The translations under genes were made by a program, and so were the position numbers. The notes under the pieces are model-generated. The model had not been told where the DNA came from. It saw nothing but the letters and a program-made list of their open reading frames with translations, and did no database searches. A DNA stretch of 57,973 nt, filler included, from Sphacelaria rigidula (taxonomy: Eukaryota): the NCBI GenBank assembly GCA_964200075.2. It is 6 parts of 6 records of this genome, joined end to end, with 100 filler letters (N's around TTAATTAATTAA, not from the genome) between each part and the next. Parts side by side here need not be neighbours in the genome. Positions count along the whole stretch, not along the records: positions 9,681 to 19,259 come from CAXNAA020008166.1; positions 19,360 to 28,938 come from CAXNAA020008167.1; 4 more parts are not named here. The stretch is one strand, 5' to 3'. This document shows positions 11,385-23,116 of the stretch, in pieces. How positions within the stretch are numbered: the stretch's first letter is position 1; each line of letters opens with the position of its first letter.

Positions 11385-12190
11385 GCGCCGCCTCGGAACA
11401 GATTTATAGGCTGACAGTCCGGAGACATTAGGGGGTTTCCAGAGGGCGGGGGGGGGGGGTCTATCTGCAGGGCAGCCGGGGAGCTCACCAAGTCAACCAT
11501 GTGTGTTTGGAAGATTCCCGCGGATAATTCCCAGTACGCCAGAAACGAGGCCGAGAGAGGCGCGGATTGACCATCCTGATCAATCATGGCCATCAGAATG
11601 ACCGCGTAGTTCCCGCAAAGGTGGACTACTTCGCTGTCTAGCGGTATTCATCATTTCGGTCATGGCATTCAACCATAGATAGCATGGGCATAAATGACGT
11701 AATTTGTACTCTGCTCGCGGTCTGTGCCGCGTGTCTGACGCCTCATGTGTTGCCAGCATTGCGTCACAATGTCTGTAGTGTTGCTGCGGAACACTATGCG
11801 GAGGTATCGTAATTTGTGTTCAGTGGAGAGCGATGGCACCAAGGGTCTGTCGGGAAAAGATTTCTGCACACCTAGGCCGAGAATCGAAAATTTGAGTTTT
11901 TGAGGGGAGAGGTCAAGGGAGGGGGGGTGGCTTCGTATCCGAAAGTCTTTTTCCGGCAGACCCTTGATGGCACGCTGACTTTTCCATGCCGTTGTATCCA
12001 GCGAAGGTACACCGCAAACATACTGACTCTGCACGCTATAGATTGCATGGTCAAACCCGGTCAGGGGTTCCCCGGCACTATTTCCTCCTGACTGTAGATA
12101 CCCAACATCCACATATTATGGTTATTAAAAAGTGTTTTCTCAGTCCACCTGCGGGGGGATCGCTGTCAAAAGTTTATAAATTGGAGTATG
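11385..12190 (+). repeat. ~700-800-nt dispersed non-coding element; inverted copy at ~45170-45900
   Basis: Colinear matches: GCCTCGGAACAG..AGGCTGACAGTCCGGAGACATT, AGCTCACCAAGTCAACCATG, CAACCATAGAT, TTGTGTTCAGTGGAGAGCGATGGCAC, CTCAGTCCACCTGCGG. Confidence 0.9.
11840..11966. mobile_element. 127-bp MITE with CAAGGG...CCCTTG termini and 7-bp TSD (P-element-like)
   Basis: TIRs CAAGGGTCTGTCGGGAAAAGA / TCTTTTTCCGGCAGACCCTTG. TSD ATGGCAC at 11833-11839 and 11967-11973. Absent from the paralogous copy at ~45395-45415. Confidence 0.88.
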
Positions 12191-12389
12191 TTCAACACGT
12201 AATCGATGAGGAAATTTCTCGAAAGCATACTATTTTGCCGAGGGCGCCGATTTTGACGAAAACAACTCGTCCTGCGCACGCGAGGAGCTGTTGGCGCTGT
12301 CAGCCCCTCTAAAGTGGAAGACCGAAGCGTAGCGGCATCTGCGGTTCATGGAACGGGTACAAATGTGAATAATCTAGATTAATGTGATA

Positions 12390-12815
12390 CAATGGCACGC
12401 CGGAGTGCTGAAGGGAGCGGAGAGGTTCATGCCCGCTTGGTACAAGATCGAGGAAGAGGCGAGTCGATTACGTGCGATTAACCGGTATCTTTGAGGAGAC
12501 GGAGGAGATGGAAGAATGAAGAATGCGTAGCCAGCTTGTGGAATGGATGCTGAACGTTGACGTATGTAACAGATCACGTAAACGCTGACGTAAATAGCAA
12601 GACCCTTCATTTTTATTTGTCTGTTTCTCCTTTTAGTCCCGTTGTATCGAATCTGTGTGATTTGTTCTCGTGTCTGATTTCATTTCGATGATTTTCCTTT
12701 ACCCCAGCTTGGGGTAGTTAGCCTGTGACCACGAAAGGCGTCTGCATCAGATGCCCGGTACAGAGTACTGCGCAAATATCGGAATGGTTTTTTAATGTGC
12801 AGACGACAACAACAA
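12390..12815 (+). mobile_element. 3' end of a LINE (ORF tail, 3' UTR, (CAA)n tail); the 3' UTR recurs at ~40690-40862
   Basis: Coding-like WHAGVLKGAERFMPAWYKIEEEASRLRA. The shared TAGCCTGTGACCACG.AAGGCGTC.GCATCAGATGCCC.GTAC motif is followed by ACAACAACAA in both copies. Confidence 0.7.
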
Positions 12816-13164
12816 CGTGGTGGCGATTGTAGACCGGTTGAAATCAACATTTCGATCAGTCACGGAGGTGGGAGATTTTGAGCTTGGGGCAACGGGTCAG
12901 ATTGATTTGAATTACTTACTTTTCCAATCCTTGGGCCTCAAGGGTAGGTAACCTGCTGAAACGGCATCAACATTTACTTGAAAAAAGTATGCGTGATCCA
13001 GATGGACTACCCGCACCGCGGTCCAAGGGTTGATATCGGAGTTACACTCAAATTAAGAAATAAATTCCGAGAGGATTAAAATCAACCAATACTGTAGTGG
13101 TAGAGTCTATATACACTACTGATAACTTCAACATTTTTTCGAAAACTGTTGTATGTCTGTGAAA

Positions 13165-13320
13165 CAGTGTTGGATATCGGATGGAGAAAAAAATTCGATG
13201 CGATATTTTCAAAATATCGACTTGGAGAGGTCGATATCGATATTTTTTCCATACGCGAAAGATGACCCAATACGTATCGATATTCGACACTGATACTCGG
13301 TACGATACGATACGATTACT
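13165..13320. repeat. GATATCGA/ATATCG-rich transposon end starting CAGTGTT (hAT-like); similar motif clusters at ~13590-13680 and ~14520-14605
   Basis: CAGTGTTGGATATCG start followed by dense ATATCGA/CGATA motifs. Confidence 0.5.
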
Positions 13321-15554
13321 CTCGCAGAGTTGCAGGTTGCAAGACCTCGCGGTACTACACTGACACACTCCATACTTGCAACCTAATTCAGAGTCGGTGC
13401 ACGCCTGATTGTATGAAGGTACAGCAGCACAAGCGTGTTATTTGTTATCTGGCACCATACAAGTGGCGGCACAACACGCGGCGTGATGTTTCGCTTCAAC
13501 AACAATGGTTCTTCATCGTACAAGAGGCAGGAAGCGAAAGAGATGATTAATGACAACCCCGGGTGTGTTGCGTGATACATACTGTATTGTTCAGGCCGTC
13601 GTTATATCGAAGTATATTTCGCGGCCACTATTCCGTCATGTTTCGATCGAATTCGAGCAGTTATTTATCTCGATTCTGCGCACTGTGCACTGCCAACGCA
13701 CTCCTCATCATTCAATATCACAAACACGCCAAACCTCGAAATTGCGCGATAAATGCACAGGCACCATAGGTAAGGTAGGTACCCGCTAACATCTCATACC
13801 CTACCGATACTGGTCCAACCGGGTATTTTCAAATATCATACTTACGATAACCACGATACCACCATCTCTACTCTTAATTGAAGGCACTGGGGTGGCCGCT
13901 GGTGCAGCAGCAGCCGCCGCCGCCGCCGTAGCAGACACAGATACAGGCGGCTCAGCAGAAACGTCGACCAAAAATATTTTCATGAGATTGAGAGTGGCTT
14001 TGATCATTCGCTTTAACTTGGCCAATTTTTCATTCCGCGTGTGCTTTTTCTTGTCTCCATCACTGGCGTGTGCTTACAGTTACACGTCCATATCCTTCTC
14101 AGGGATATCAAGGGCCGCAGTGACAAGCTACTATTGTACAGAAGGCATTTTGGGCCTCGTGGAGGGGAATTTCGGAAGTGAAACGATTCATTAACTAACT
14201 AACCGCTTTTCACTCTCAATCGTATCATCTACTCTCATTCTCACGAAAACACTGTTGGTGGGAGACACAGCTCGAGACTGTTCGGCAGAAACTTACACCG
14301 CAGACTCTGCGGTACGGCCGGAACCAAAGCTGAAAGTCTGAAGGCTCATGTTACAGACCGGTGTGGTTCGCAGCAAGTGGGTGGGCAGTGCGCAGATGAT
14401 GATGTGTGTGGTGGGGTGGTGGGCGATGGGGAGGGGGGCGGTGGGCGGAGGCATGCGAAAACGGAGGGACGATATGCTGCCCCGCCCCCCCACTCCCTCC
14501 CCCCCGGTAAAAAAAGACGAAATATCGACCGTATCGATACGCCGTATCGACGACACTTTTTGTTGAAATTGTACAGATTTTCGATGTCCGATTTTGAACA
14601 CGGCTGTGAAGCTTCCCACGGTGATCCCTCGAACACTCACCTCGCAATTTGTAAAATAATCTAATACATGTACAAGAACAGATGACACGACATTTCTCCA
14701 CCACCTTGCAACCGATTGACACAAAGCCAAAGGTACAGTCATGCTGTGAGCTCTATGAGTTCATTGAGAACTACGGCCGGAGCTACTATTAGGCGTTACA
14801 TCTCGCGCAGTGCATACTGAAATCATGGGGTGAAAAACTTTGAGATGGGAATTCTATGCTCGTCGTTGGTTCGGAAAAAAAAATCAGGAGTCAGGGATTA
14901 AAAGCGAGAACGACTGGATTGTTTACGCTTAAACCCTAGGTTTATTTTTATTTATTTTTACCACGTAGGTGTGGACCATGATCAACTTTTCAGGGTTTAG
15001 TCTTTTACGTTCCGAATGCCACGTGGTCGGTGTCATGAGTTGAAAAGGTACAAGTCGCGCCGTGCTCTTCTGCGCTTGTACTCTGCGCCTACCCATGCAG
15101 TGTTACCCGTACAGCGCGGGAGGGTAAGTACAAAGCCGTGCTCTACGATAGGTTGGGTGTTTAATTCCAGAGGAAAAAGACTCATAGATGACCCGGACGA
15201 CCTGACTCACTCGCCGTGCACTTGTATTTGGGTAAGACGAACTCAAGCAGTACAGTACTGTACGGATTAGCGTTCTTTATTGGTAACATGCGCGTCGTGG
15301 AGATGGTTGCTCCTAAAATCGATTCGAAGTTCAATTTAGTGCAAGCAACGGCCCCAAATACCCCCAGTCCTATCCTAGAATCACTCAACATGTTTATGCT
15401 AACCCCGTCTCGTTGAAAACGCGACAGCCGTATATTCGACTCAACTGTCGACGATGGAAAGGGGCTGCTGAACCCCTCTCGCGATAGAAAATAAAGGCAA
15501 GCACCGCAGAAGAAAGATGGAGTACAAAAGACAAACACATCGGTAAATAACCTC

Positions 15555-15630
15555 CTGTGCGACTGGTGCGCCCACATATACCGAAAGGTACGGTGTAGAC
15601 CGGCGTCCAGGATAGATGGGACAACTCACA
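15555..15630 (-). repeat. Short dispersed repeat (SINE-like); inverted copy at ~57060-57128
   Basis: CTGGTGCGCCCACATATACCGAAAGGT is the reverse complement of ACCTTTCGGTATATGTGGGCGCACCAG. Confidence 0.85.
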
Positions 15631-17463
15631 CAGTATCGTAATCACAGCCTCCGGATACCAACCCCGCACAGTAGACAGCGTTGGGCACACAGGCAGTGCA
15701 CCTCGGCGCCCGCTAGTCATTCACAACCGCTGCACATGTCGGTGTCTGGTGGAGCACGATTGAGTTGAGGCAGTTGAGGGTTGTACTACTACTCTGCTGT
15801 TGCACTGCATGTAGACAGTTTTGTATACTTTCGGTAGGAAGTGTTCTGTACTGTACCACTCAGACTGTCTGTAGTACTGTACTGCTGTTGTCTGCGGTAC
15901 GAGTGTGCACATGCCCATGTGTGTCCGTATGCATACTTTGAGAAATTACAGTAGTTATCGATAAAGGTCAACCACACGTAGTAATCCTCGCTGCGTGAAG
16001 GCGAGAGGGGGAACAGAGGGACGCCTGTCGACCTCGGCTAAGATGACGTGGAAGGGCTGGAGTGGGCCCGCTACGGGGATCTCGACAAAATGGCCACCCA
16101 ACGGTGGTGTAACTGCGCGAGCTAACGCAAGCTTCACGTTGGATTGCCATTTCGTCAAGCCCCCATAGCAGCTGCTGGAGCCGCCGACTCCCGCCCTTTC
16201 GCATCGTCATAAGCCAGGTCGACTGGTGTCTCGGCTCCCCCGTTCGCCTCGAAGTGTTCCTCGTAGTTTTGGGTCACCCTTGTGAACGAGCTGCCATCAC
16301 CAGTGCTATCGCGGGCCTTCACGACATCCGCCACCGCCTCACGTATGATATTTGTCCTACGGCTGTGTTTTGTCACCTTGGTCGTTATGGGGCAGGGTGT
16401 CTAGTTCTGTTTCATAGCCCTGAATTCTGGCACCAACGCTTTGGGGTGTCTAGCAACCCGTTTTTTTTTTGTTGAAAAATTGAAAATTAATCCTGAGTTG
16501 CTGTGCATGTCTTTTCTCAGGGTTCAGTTTTCGGGGTTTACCTAGGGGAATTCGTCATATCTTGGCCTTGAATCCCAACTTTCTTAATCCCTGAGTTTGT
16601 CCTTATCCCCGAGTTCTGATTTGTGTTTCCGAAACTCTCCACGATCGTGTTGACCACAACGAACGAGGTTGTTTCGAATTCAAATTCCACCACGTCTTCA
16701 CCTGGCGCAAGAACAAATGACGCCATTTTTTTGCATGACGTATCTCCAACTCGACGTTCCCTGTATAGTTGCACTGATGATTAGATTATATCGGGAACCC
16801 CAAGTTTGAGATACCTCAACTGGCCGGTCTACACGGTCACCGGCGTATATATGTCCGCGCAGGCGGAAAGAGAGAACCTCTGACCTGCTGGCACAGTAGA
16901 ACTAGTTCACAGGACGTGAGTATTTACGCCGGCCGGACCTACGGCGTGCATAATCCACACTGTCTTGTGAACGCCTCTCACAACAACTCGTTATGAATAG
17001 CTTCGCGCCTGTATATGAACACACGCCCAACCCTTCTACGAAGTATATGAGATGGAGGGGAAACGAGGCCTCCGACACAGCTACTCATCTACTGCTCCCA
17101 AACATTCCCGCATTCGTCAGTCGGCGACCATCAACTGTAAACCCTTCGATCGCTAGCGTGGGTCACCTACTCGATCGGCATCAACATCTACCTGAAAAGA
17201 GTATGCATTATCTAGATGGACTACCCGCACCGCGGTGTTGGTGTCTGGGCAGTATTGCTTCATCAAACCGAGCTTCCAGGTCTCGTCGCGCGTCGACAAA
17301 ATGATGGCATTGAGTTCGTCCAGGGCAATATTTTCTCGGCATCAGAGATAGTGCATGGACGGTTCGGTGAGGCCGCGCCACCGCAAGTCTGGGGATGTGG
17401 CGCAAGGATCGAACATTTGCATAAAAACGTAGGTGACAGAAATGAGTGACTGCCACAGCTTAC

Positions 17464-17705
17464 CTATTCTCACCCTCCGAGTATATCTTCCATGCAGCAA
17501 GAAATCCGGCGTCGGTATTGAGATCAGCGCTTTCCTCCATTTTCATCATGTCAAGGTCAAGCTCGGAGTGTTCAATCACGTCGGACACAGGCGTGTATCC
17601 AGCGATCGCATCAAAGTCGAGAGCATCGCCAGTGCTGGTCGTAGTAGTGGCAGCGATGACACTGAGACCACTGGCCGCACCGGCCAGCAAGCAAGCACGA
17701 ATCAT
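17464..17705 (-). CDS. First coding exon of a probably secreted FEA1/ISIP2-like (low-iron-inducible periplasmic) protein
   Basis: ATG at 17705, signal-peptide-like MIRACLLAGAASGLSVIAA, then IAGYTPVSDVIEHSELDLD..ME....GF.AA..IYSEGEN. Strong donor AG|GTAAGC at 17464/17463. I found no downstream exons. Confidence 0.65.
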
Positions 17706-18167
17706 CAGAATCGGGTCGGCGTTGACCCACTGGGTTGTTCGTGTACCTCACTACTACTGTCCTGCCCTCGTTCTTGGCGCGAGGATTTGCAGGTGTGGGT
17801 GTGCGTGAAGAGTAACCATCAAGGATACATACAAGTACAACGAACGGCAAAAGGGGGGCACACGCAAGGGGTAATAGAGGAGCGTGCCCATATGAAACTT
17901 CAAGCATTCTTTCATTCCGACCGCTGTGCCATATAGTGGTCTGCGTCAAGTCCCTATAGAGCGAGAACTTGGTTGGAACTTCGTGACGTGAGTCACTTCT
18001 TGAATCACTTCTTGAGAACAAATTATCAGTAGGAGGGAGGAGGAGGGTGTGTATGCGCATGTTATGTCATGTAAAATGGTTGGCACCTTCAATCACTTGA
18101 TTTTCCCCGTCAATCACTTGATTTTCCCCGTCAATCACTGATTTTGACTTTACTCCTAAAACCGTAA

Positions 18168-18265
18168 CCCTTGGACCGCGAGGTTAGTCTTCTGTTGAAT
18201 CGGCATCAAGTTCAAGTGAACTGGAGTATGCATGATCCTGAAAGACTAATCTCGCGGTCTGAGGG
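18168..18265. mobile_element. ~100-bp piggyBac-like micro-MITE; relatives at 12928-13029 and 17142-17236
   Basis: (G)TAA|CCCTTGGACCGCGAG ... CTCGCGGTCTGAGGG|TTAA. All three copies share the core CGGCATCAA...AGTATGC. Confidence 0.7.
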
Positions 18266-19162
18266 TTAACCCCAACGAAGGCGCACCGAAAATTCCCGGG
18301 TAAGGGGGTGCAAAGTATATCCTAGGCAAAGTGTGCGTTGCGAGATCTCAAATCGGCGCCCCCGATCACGACAAAAACGCGTTTTGCGCACGCTTGGAGC
18401 ACGCTTGGAGCGCAGCCCCAGTAAAGATCTGGATCTCGATGTCAAGACCAAAATCAAGTCGAACTGAAAGTCGACTAGGGGACCCCCCAAGTAGTGATGA
18501 ACTCTCAAGTGGCGAACTCAGTGGAGTTTACCACTTGGGATGGTGAGAAAATTCTCAGATAGTTCGACTTGATTTTAGTTTCACCAGCGAAAATTCGGAT
18601 CTTTAATGGGGGCTATGCGCTCCAAGCGTGCTCCTAGCTTGCGCAGACCGCAATTTGGTCGAAATATTATGGCAAATAAGAACTTGTGCATAGTGACTGT
18701 TGCACACCAGTTAAGCAATTGGTGCTGAAATAAGAACAAGAACACGGATTTTAGACAAGGATGGGGCGACGAAATAAGAACATGGAGAATAAGAATTTGT
18801 GCTCGGGTTGGGGCAGCCAACAAGAACTGAGCCTCGCTCAAAATAAGGTATTCTTAAGTGGTGACCGCCTCTGTATGCTAATATTCTTGTCTGTAATGGC
18901 CATCGATCGGCAAGTTTCTCACACGTTTGTCCGGGCAGCAATCTGTTATGGCCTTACACCGAAATCTATTGCGGTCGACCAGATGTATCGATCGATGGTT
19001 TTCCAAATTTATTGATAACGGCCATGCCTGTCGATTGACCTTGTAGTTCCAAATCTATTGATGACGGCGATGGCTTTTGACAGATTGTATTCCAAATCTA
19101 TTGATGATGGCGGTAACCGCTACGTATTAATAGATCGCACATAAAATTTACTTATGATGAAG

Positions 19163-19259
19163 CCGGTCGCCCCGGTGGCTCAGTTGGTAACCTCGCAACC
19201 TTCTGATGGTTGAATTGGGGGGTTCGATTCCCAGAGCGATCTGGAATCTTTTCTCACAC
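19163..19259 (+). mobile_element. tRNA-derived SINE head at the contig end
   Basis: A box TGGCTCAGTTGG and B box GGTTCGATTCC. Homologous to 9684-9780. Confidence 0.75.
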
Positions 19260-19479
19260 NNNNNNNNNNNNNNNNNNNNNNNNNNNNNNNNNNNNNNNNN
19301 NNNTTAATTAATTAANNNNNNNNNNNNNNNNNNNNNNNNNNNNNNNNNNNNNNNNNNNNCCCCCCGCCGCCGCCGCCGCCCCCTCCCCGAAGGGCCGCGG
19401 GGCACATCTCCCAATCCCCAAGCCCCCCAAAACACGGGTCCCCCCCCCCCCCCCCCCTCCCCCCCGCCCCGGACCCCAG

Positions 19480-20250
19480 GTCAGCCTGGTTCCGCGAGAA
19501 CCCGGCGTGCTCCGTCCCGGCTTTGTAGGGACAAACCCCCCATGAGGTTGGCGTCGGTTGGCAACGACACTGTAAAACACACCACTCACTGCGTCAGCTA
19601 GGCAAATAGGTTAGCGGGGTTTTTTGTGCTTGCGTTTTTTCTGCGGTAACCATGATGGTGGTCGAGCTAGATCATATTGTGCGGGGTGGGAGAACCTAAA
19701 TTCTGCGCGAAGGGATGATCATGCCACTTCGTGCATAAATGGTGAGATACCCATGAGGCAGCGTGGAACCCGTGGCTGTCTCTGGAAGTGGCGATGCGTC
19801 AGCTAGGCAACCAGGTTGCCGATTTGTTTGCGCTTGCGTAATTTTTTGCGGTAACGATGATGGTGATCGAGCTAGATCATATTGTGCTGGGTGGGAGAAC
19901 CTCAATTCCGCGCAAAGGGATGATCATACTACGTAGTGCTTAATTGGTGAGACACCCATGACGCTGTGTGGAAGTCGTGGCTATCTCTGGCAGTGACGAT
20001 ACCAGGAAACGAAGCAACTCATTGAAGGCTGTCATCCAAATGCGAGATAATAAGTACGCTGGGGGTCAAACAATTCTAGCAGGATGCAGCTCACACTTCA
20101 TGTGACTCGCCGAACACACCACGGCGCTTCGCGCTTGGCGATTGGTTGCGAGCCTGGTCTGGCGAAAACTTAGCGTGCTCCGTCCCGCAATCATAGGGAT
20201 GCGAGCTCAATGGCATACGGCATGCAAGATAATGAGTAAGTACACCGCCC
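19480..20250 (-). repeat. ~600-nt repeat family, copy 2, with an internal ~200-nt tandem duplication
   Basis: 19592-19795 and 19796-20000 are duplicates. The rest aligns to the other copies. Confidence 0.92.
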
Positions 20251-20585
20251 CTCTCGACCCCCCCGCCCCTACTCTCCTGATCCCTTTTCCTCCCATCCTT
20301 GCCCCCGCCCGAACGTCAACTTACACATCACAAATGTTGTCGCCACCCTATTGTAACTCAGGGTCAAACATTAGGACTGAACGCCGAATACGCAATCACG
20401 ATCACGTCTCGGCCACAACCACTTATATTGTGTCGATATACTGTACGTGTCTTGACACAGGTATTTTTCGCTCGGTGTAGCCTTATGCGCCCACGCCTGA
20501 GAAGCAAGTGAACGCGACGAATAATGCCCACTTGTTCGAGTACTGAGCTCCCCTCATCACCCCCCTCCCCTGAATTGCAGCTTAC

Positions 20586-22032
20586 CCATCAAGATACTGT
20601 GGCCACCTAGCCGTGATCGGTAGAGCCCGCAGTAGCTTGGCCTCGCGGGGTCACCCGGCACACGCTGCTGATCATCGAGGCGAGCGCCGTCCACGCCCAG
20701 CACACAAAGGGTTTCGAACCTCCGACCCCAGTAGCTAGTGCGGTCCATCTTACCGCGGTTTCGATCGAGGGCCACCACCTCCAAGTGAATAACGCCACCC
20801 TCCTTGAAAACCTTGGAATTCGTTTTTGCCGGTGGGCGTGGGAGTTCGAGGGGTGGCGGAAGGAGGAGGGAAGGGGGGGGAGGGGGGGGTATCATGATCC
20901 TCACCATGTCCACCCATTCATCACATAAACAATATTCATACTTCCTCAACCTCGACTCGCTTCGCCAGTTGCACCACCCCTAGTGCTGCTGCAATCGAGT
21001 GGTCGTGGAGATATTTCTGAATCATTCCACTCCATGGGGAAACCAGTGCATACCGGACAGTACTGATTCCGCAACAGAAGTGCGAATCATTTCGTGTGGG
21101 GAAAATTCATGTCGGGGGGCATCTCGTCGATATCCCATGGTAAATCTCACCGCCATCGTCGGTGTCGTCCGCCATCATCCATCAATCGCGGAACACGGAA
21201 TCTAAAGCACCAAGGGAGGGCTCGTCACGGAGTAAAACAAAACGTACCTCCATCTCCCACTTCTGCTTGGAGTACGGTGTGGTCAAAATCTTGTTCAGGT
21301 TGTTCCGATATGTGATGAAGTGGGCCGACTCCTCCTCCTGGGGCACGCGACAACATCGACCACACACACACACATGCGCGCGCGCAGAGACAGCAGTTGA
21401 GTACTCCCGAAGTATTGCACAAAAAATACACGAGCGAGCACAAATCAGACGATTAGTCGTGTACGGTTCACCAATAAATCTATGTGGTCACGTCAAACAT
21501 TCCCGTGTCCCCTCTTGTTTCGCGGGGGAAATTTTGCTTGTCTCAACGTCGGCGCAGTTCTTCACCTCGTATGTTATTATCACATAGCGTAGCAGCCTAT
21601 CGTCAAACGTAGATCGCTCTTACCCGTTCCAGGCTTGCCTCGTCCAGCATCTCGACAATCTCGTCCGTGCTGCTTGTGGTGTCGGGTTCCACGTACGTCA
21701 AGTAGCCCTGATTCAAGTCCTGCCCTGTTCACGTTTTGCAACATTCGGGTTACAGCAAAAACAAAAAAGGGCGACACATATTCGAACAAAGGACAAATAA
21801 AAGTCGAGTCAACAGGGAACGTTGCGGAGCCCCACGATAAAGACGCGCGTTGCGACACCAACATGGTACGAATAAGAAGCATGCGCACCTGGAAACACAC
21901 GCCAGTTATTGACATAAAAATACATCCGGAGAGAGGTGCCCGTTCGGCATTGACAATGCCAGTCAGCTTAAACCACGTGACGAAGTATGAAAAGCACGTA
22001 CGACGGGGCGCTATTACCTTTATTATGAGCTG

Positions 22033-22092
<60 letters not shown>

Positions 22093-22987
22093 CGCTGCTG
22101 CTGGTGGCGGTACCACCATTAAGACTATGTAAATATATATTATCGCACTTTGAACCCCTCCCGTTCCTCGGGATGAGCCGTGGTCTCAAGGGATCAGCCC
22201 AGATCTCCCCGGTGCACGCCTTGCATTGTGGTCTCGCGGATTGGATCAGCACTCCCGCACCGTGTCAACTAGCGTAAAACAAAGTCAGCCAACTACTTTG
22301 TTTACTCACGTTCTCACGCTTTCCACGGTAGAAATCACATACTGCGAAGAATAAACCCAACGCATCGGGAATCGAACCCTCGTTCTCTCCACCCTAATGG
22401 CGACAGTCGGACCATTTCACCACCAGGGCGCGGACTAAGACTACTACTGAGACCACTACTACTTTACGCGCAGCACAAGAGGGAAAAGGCAGTGTGGATC
22501 TCGGGGGAGGTGCGCAGTTGACTGTACAACCCCGGCACTTCACAAAATAACTGCTCACCAAGGAGTCCTTGTGTCTTGAGTTCGAGCGGAGGGTCAGCTG
22601 TGGGCTCAATTACCCCACCTCCTGGCTTCAAAAACGCCGCTATTTGTTCCGGGTCCACGGCCTGATTATATATAGTATTCCCGAGCACAAGAAATGAAAA
22701 CAGAGGGCACTGTGATGCTAGGGCAAATGCCGTCGGACACGCCTTTTTTCGTCGCACGGGAAACTCAGATACCCGATTCTCGATGCTGGGGACGAGGGAA
22801 ACAGACGAGAGCAGGGGGAAGTTCGGCATGTGACCTGGTACATCGTAAACCTCGGGTCCTGGAAAGCTCCGCGCCTTTGAGAGGATGAACCAGTGTCATC
22901 AGAACAGCGACCGCCGATGGCCAATGACCAATCGCTCCTTACGCTACGAAAGTTGACCAGAAAAGGAACATGTAGTGCCTCTCCTAC
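20586..22987 (-). CDS. DXO: DXO/RAI1-family decapping exoribonuclease, spliced and 3'-incomplete. Exons 22987-22835 (less certain), 22661-22559, 21724-21624, 21337-21248, 20811-20586
   Basis: Phase-compatible GT-AG exons give ..PEQIAAFLKPGGG..GQDLNQGYLTYVE..HFITYRNNLNKILTTPY..WEMEVFKEGGVIHLEV..SYWGRRFETLC..YCGLYRSRLGGHSILMG. These match the DXO/Rai1 motifs DL..G, F.T.R..L.KI..TPY, Y.G..FE and R..LG.H..L.G(AE.D). Confidence 0.9.
22033..22092. repeat. (TAC)n microsatellite in a DXO intron
   Basis: Directly visible. Confidence 0.95.
22140..22430 (-). mobile_element. Second tRNA-derived SINE family, intronic in DXO
   Basis: Minus strand has A box TGGTGAAATGG and B box GGTTCGATTCC. The 3' part (TTATCGCACTT..AGCCGTGGTC) recurs at ~30905-30945. 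Confidence 0.65.
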
Positions 22988-23116
22988 CTAAGAGTAGCCC
23001 TCCCCTTTTCGGGCCAGTTCTCATTTCATAGCATTGCCACGGTATTTAGGGTGCGGGTGGGGGCAGTTGTATCCTCGGTCACACAGAGTACCTTTCTGGA
23101 GTACGACCAATCTCAC

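Noticed and set aside
18090..18145. 21-bp tandem repeat (CAATCACTTGATTTTCCCCGT) upstream of the FEA1-like ATG, and ~45-bp degenerate repeats at 18960-19110
   Set aside because: Real repeats, but nothing in the sequence supports a regulatory role.
19163..19240. Possible tRNA gene (also 9700-9780 and 22360-22430)
   Set aside because: A and B boxes are present, but I see no convincing acceptor or anticodon stems, and diverged copies share non-tRNA tails, so SINE is more likely.
21580..22132. Poly-Val and poly-Thr ORFs
   Set aside because: Produced by the (TAC)n microsatellite; the real DXO exon is in another frame.
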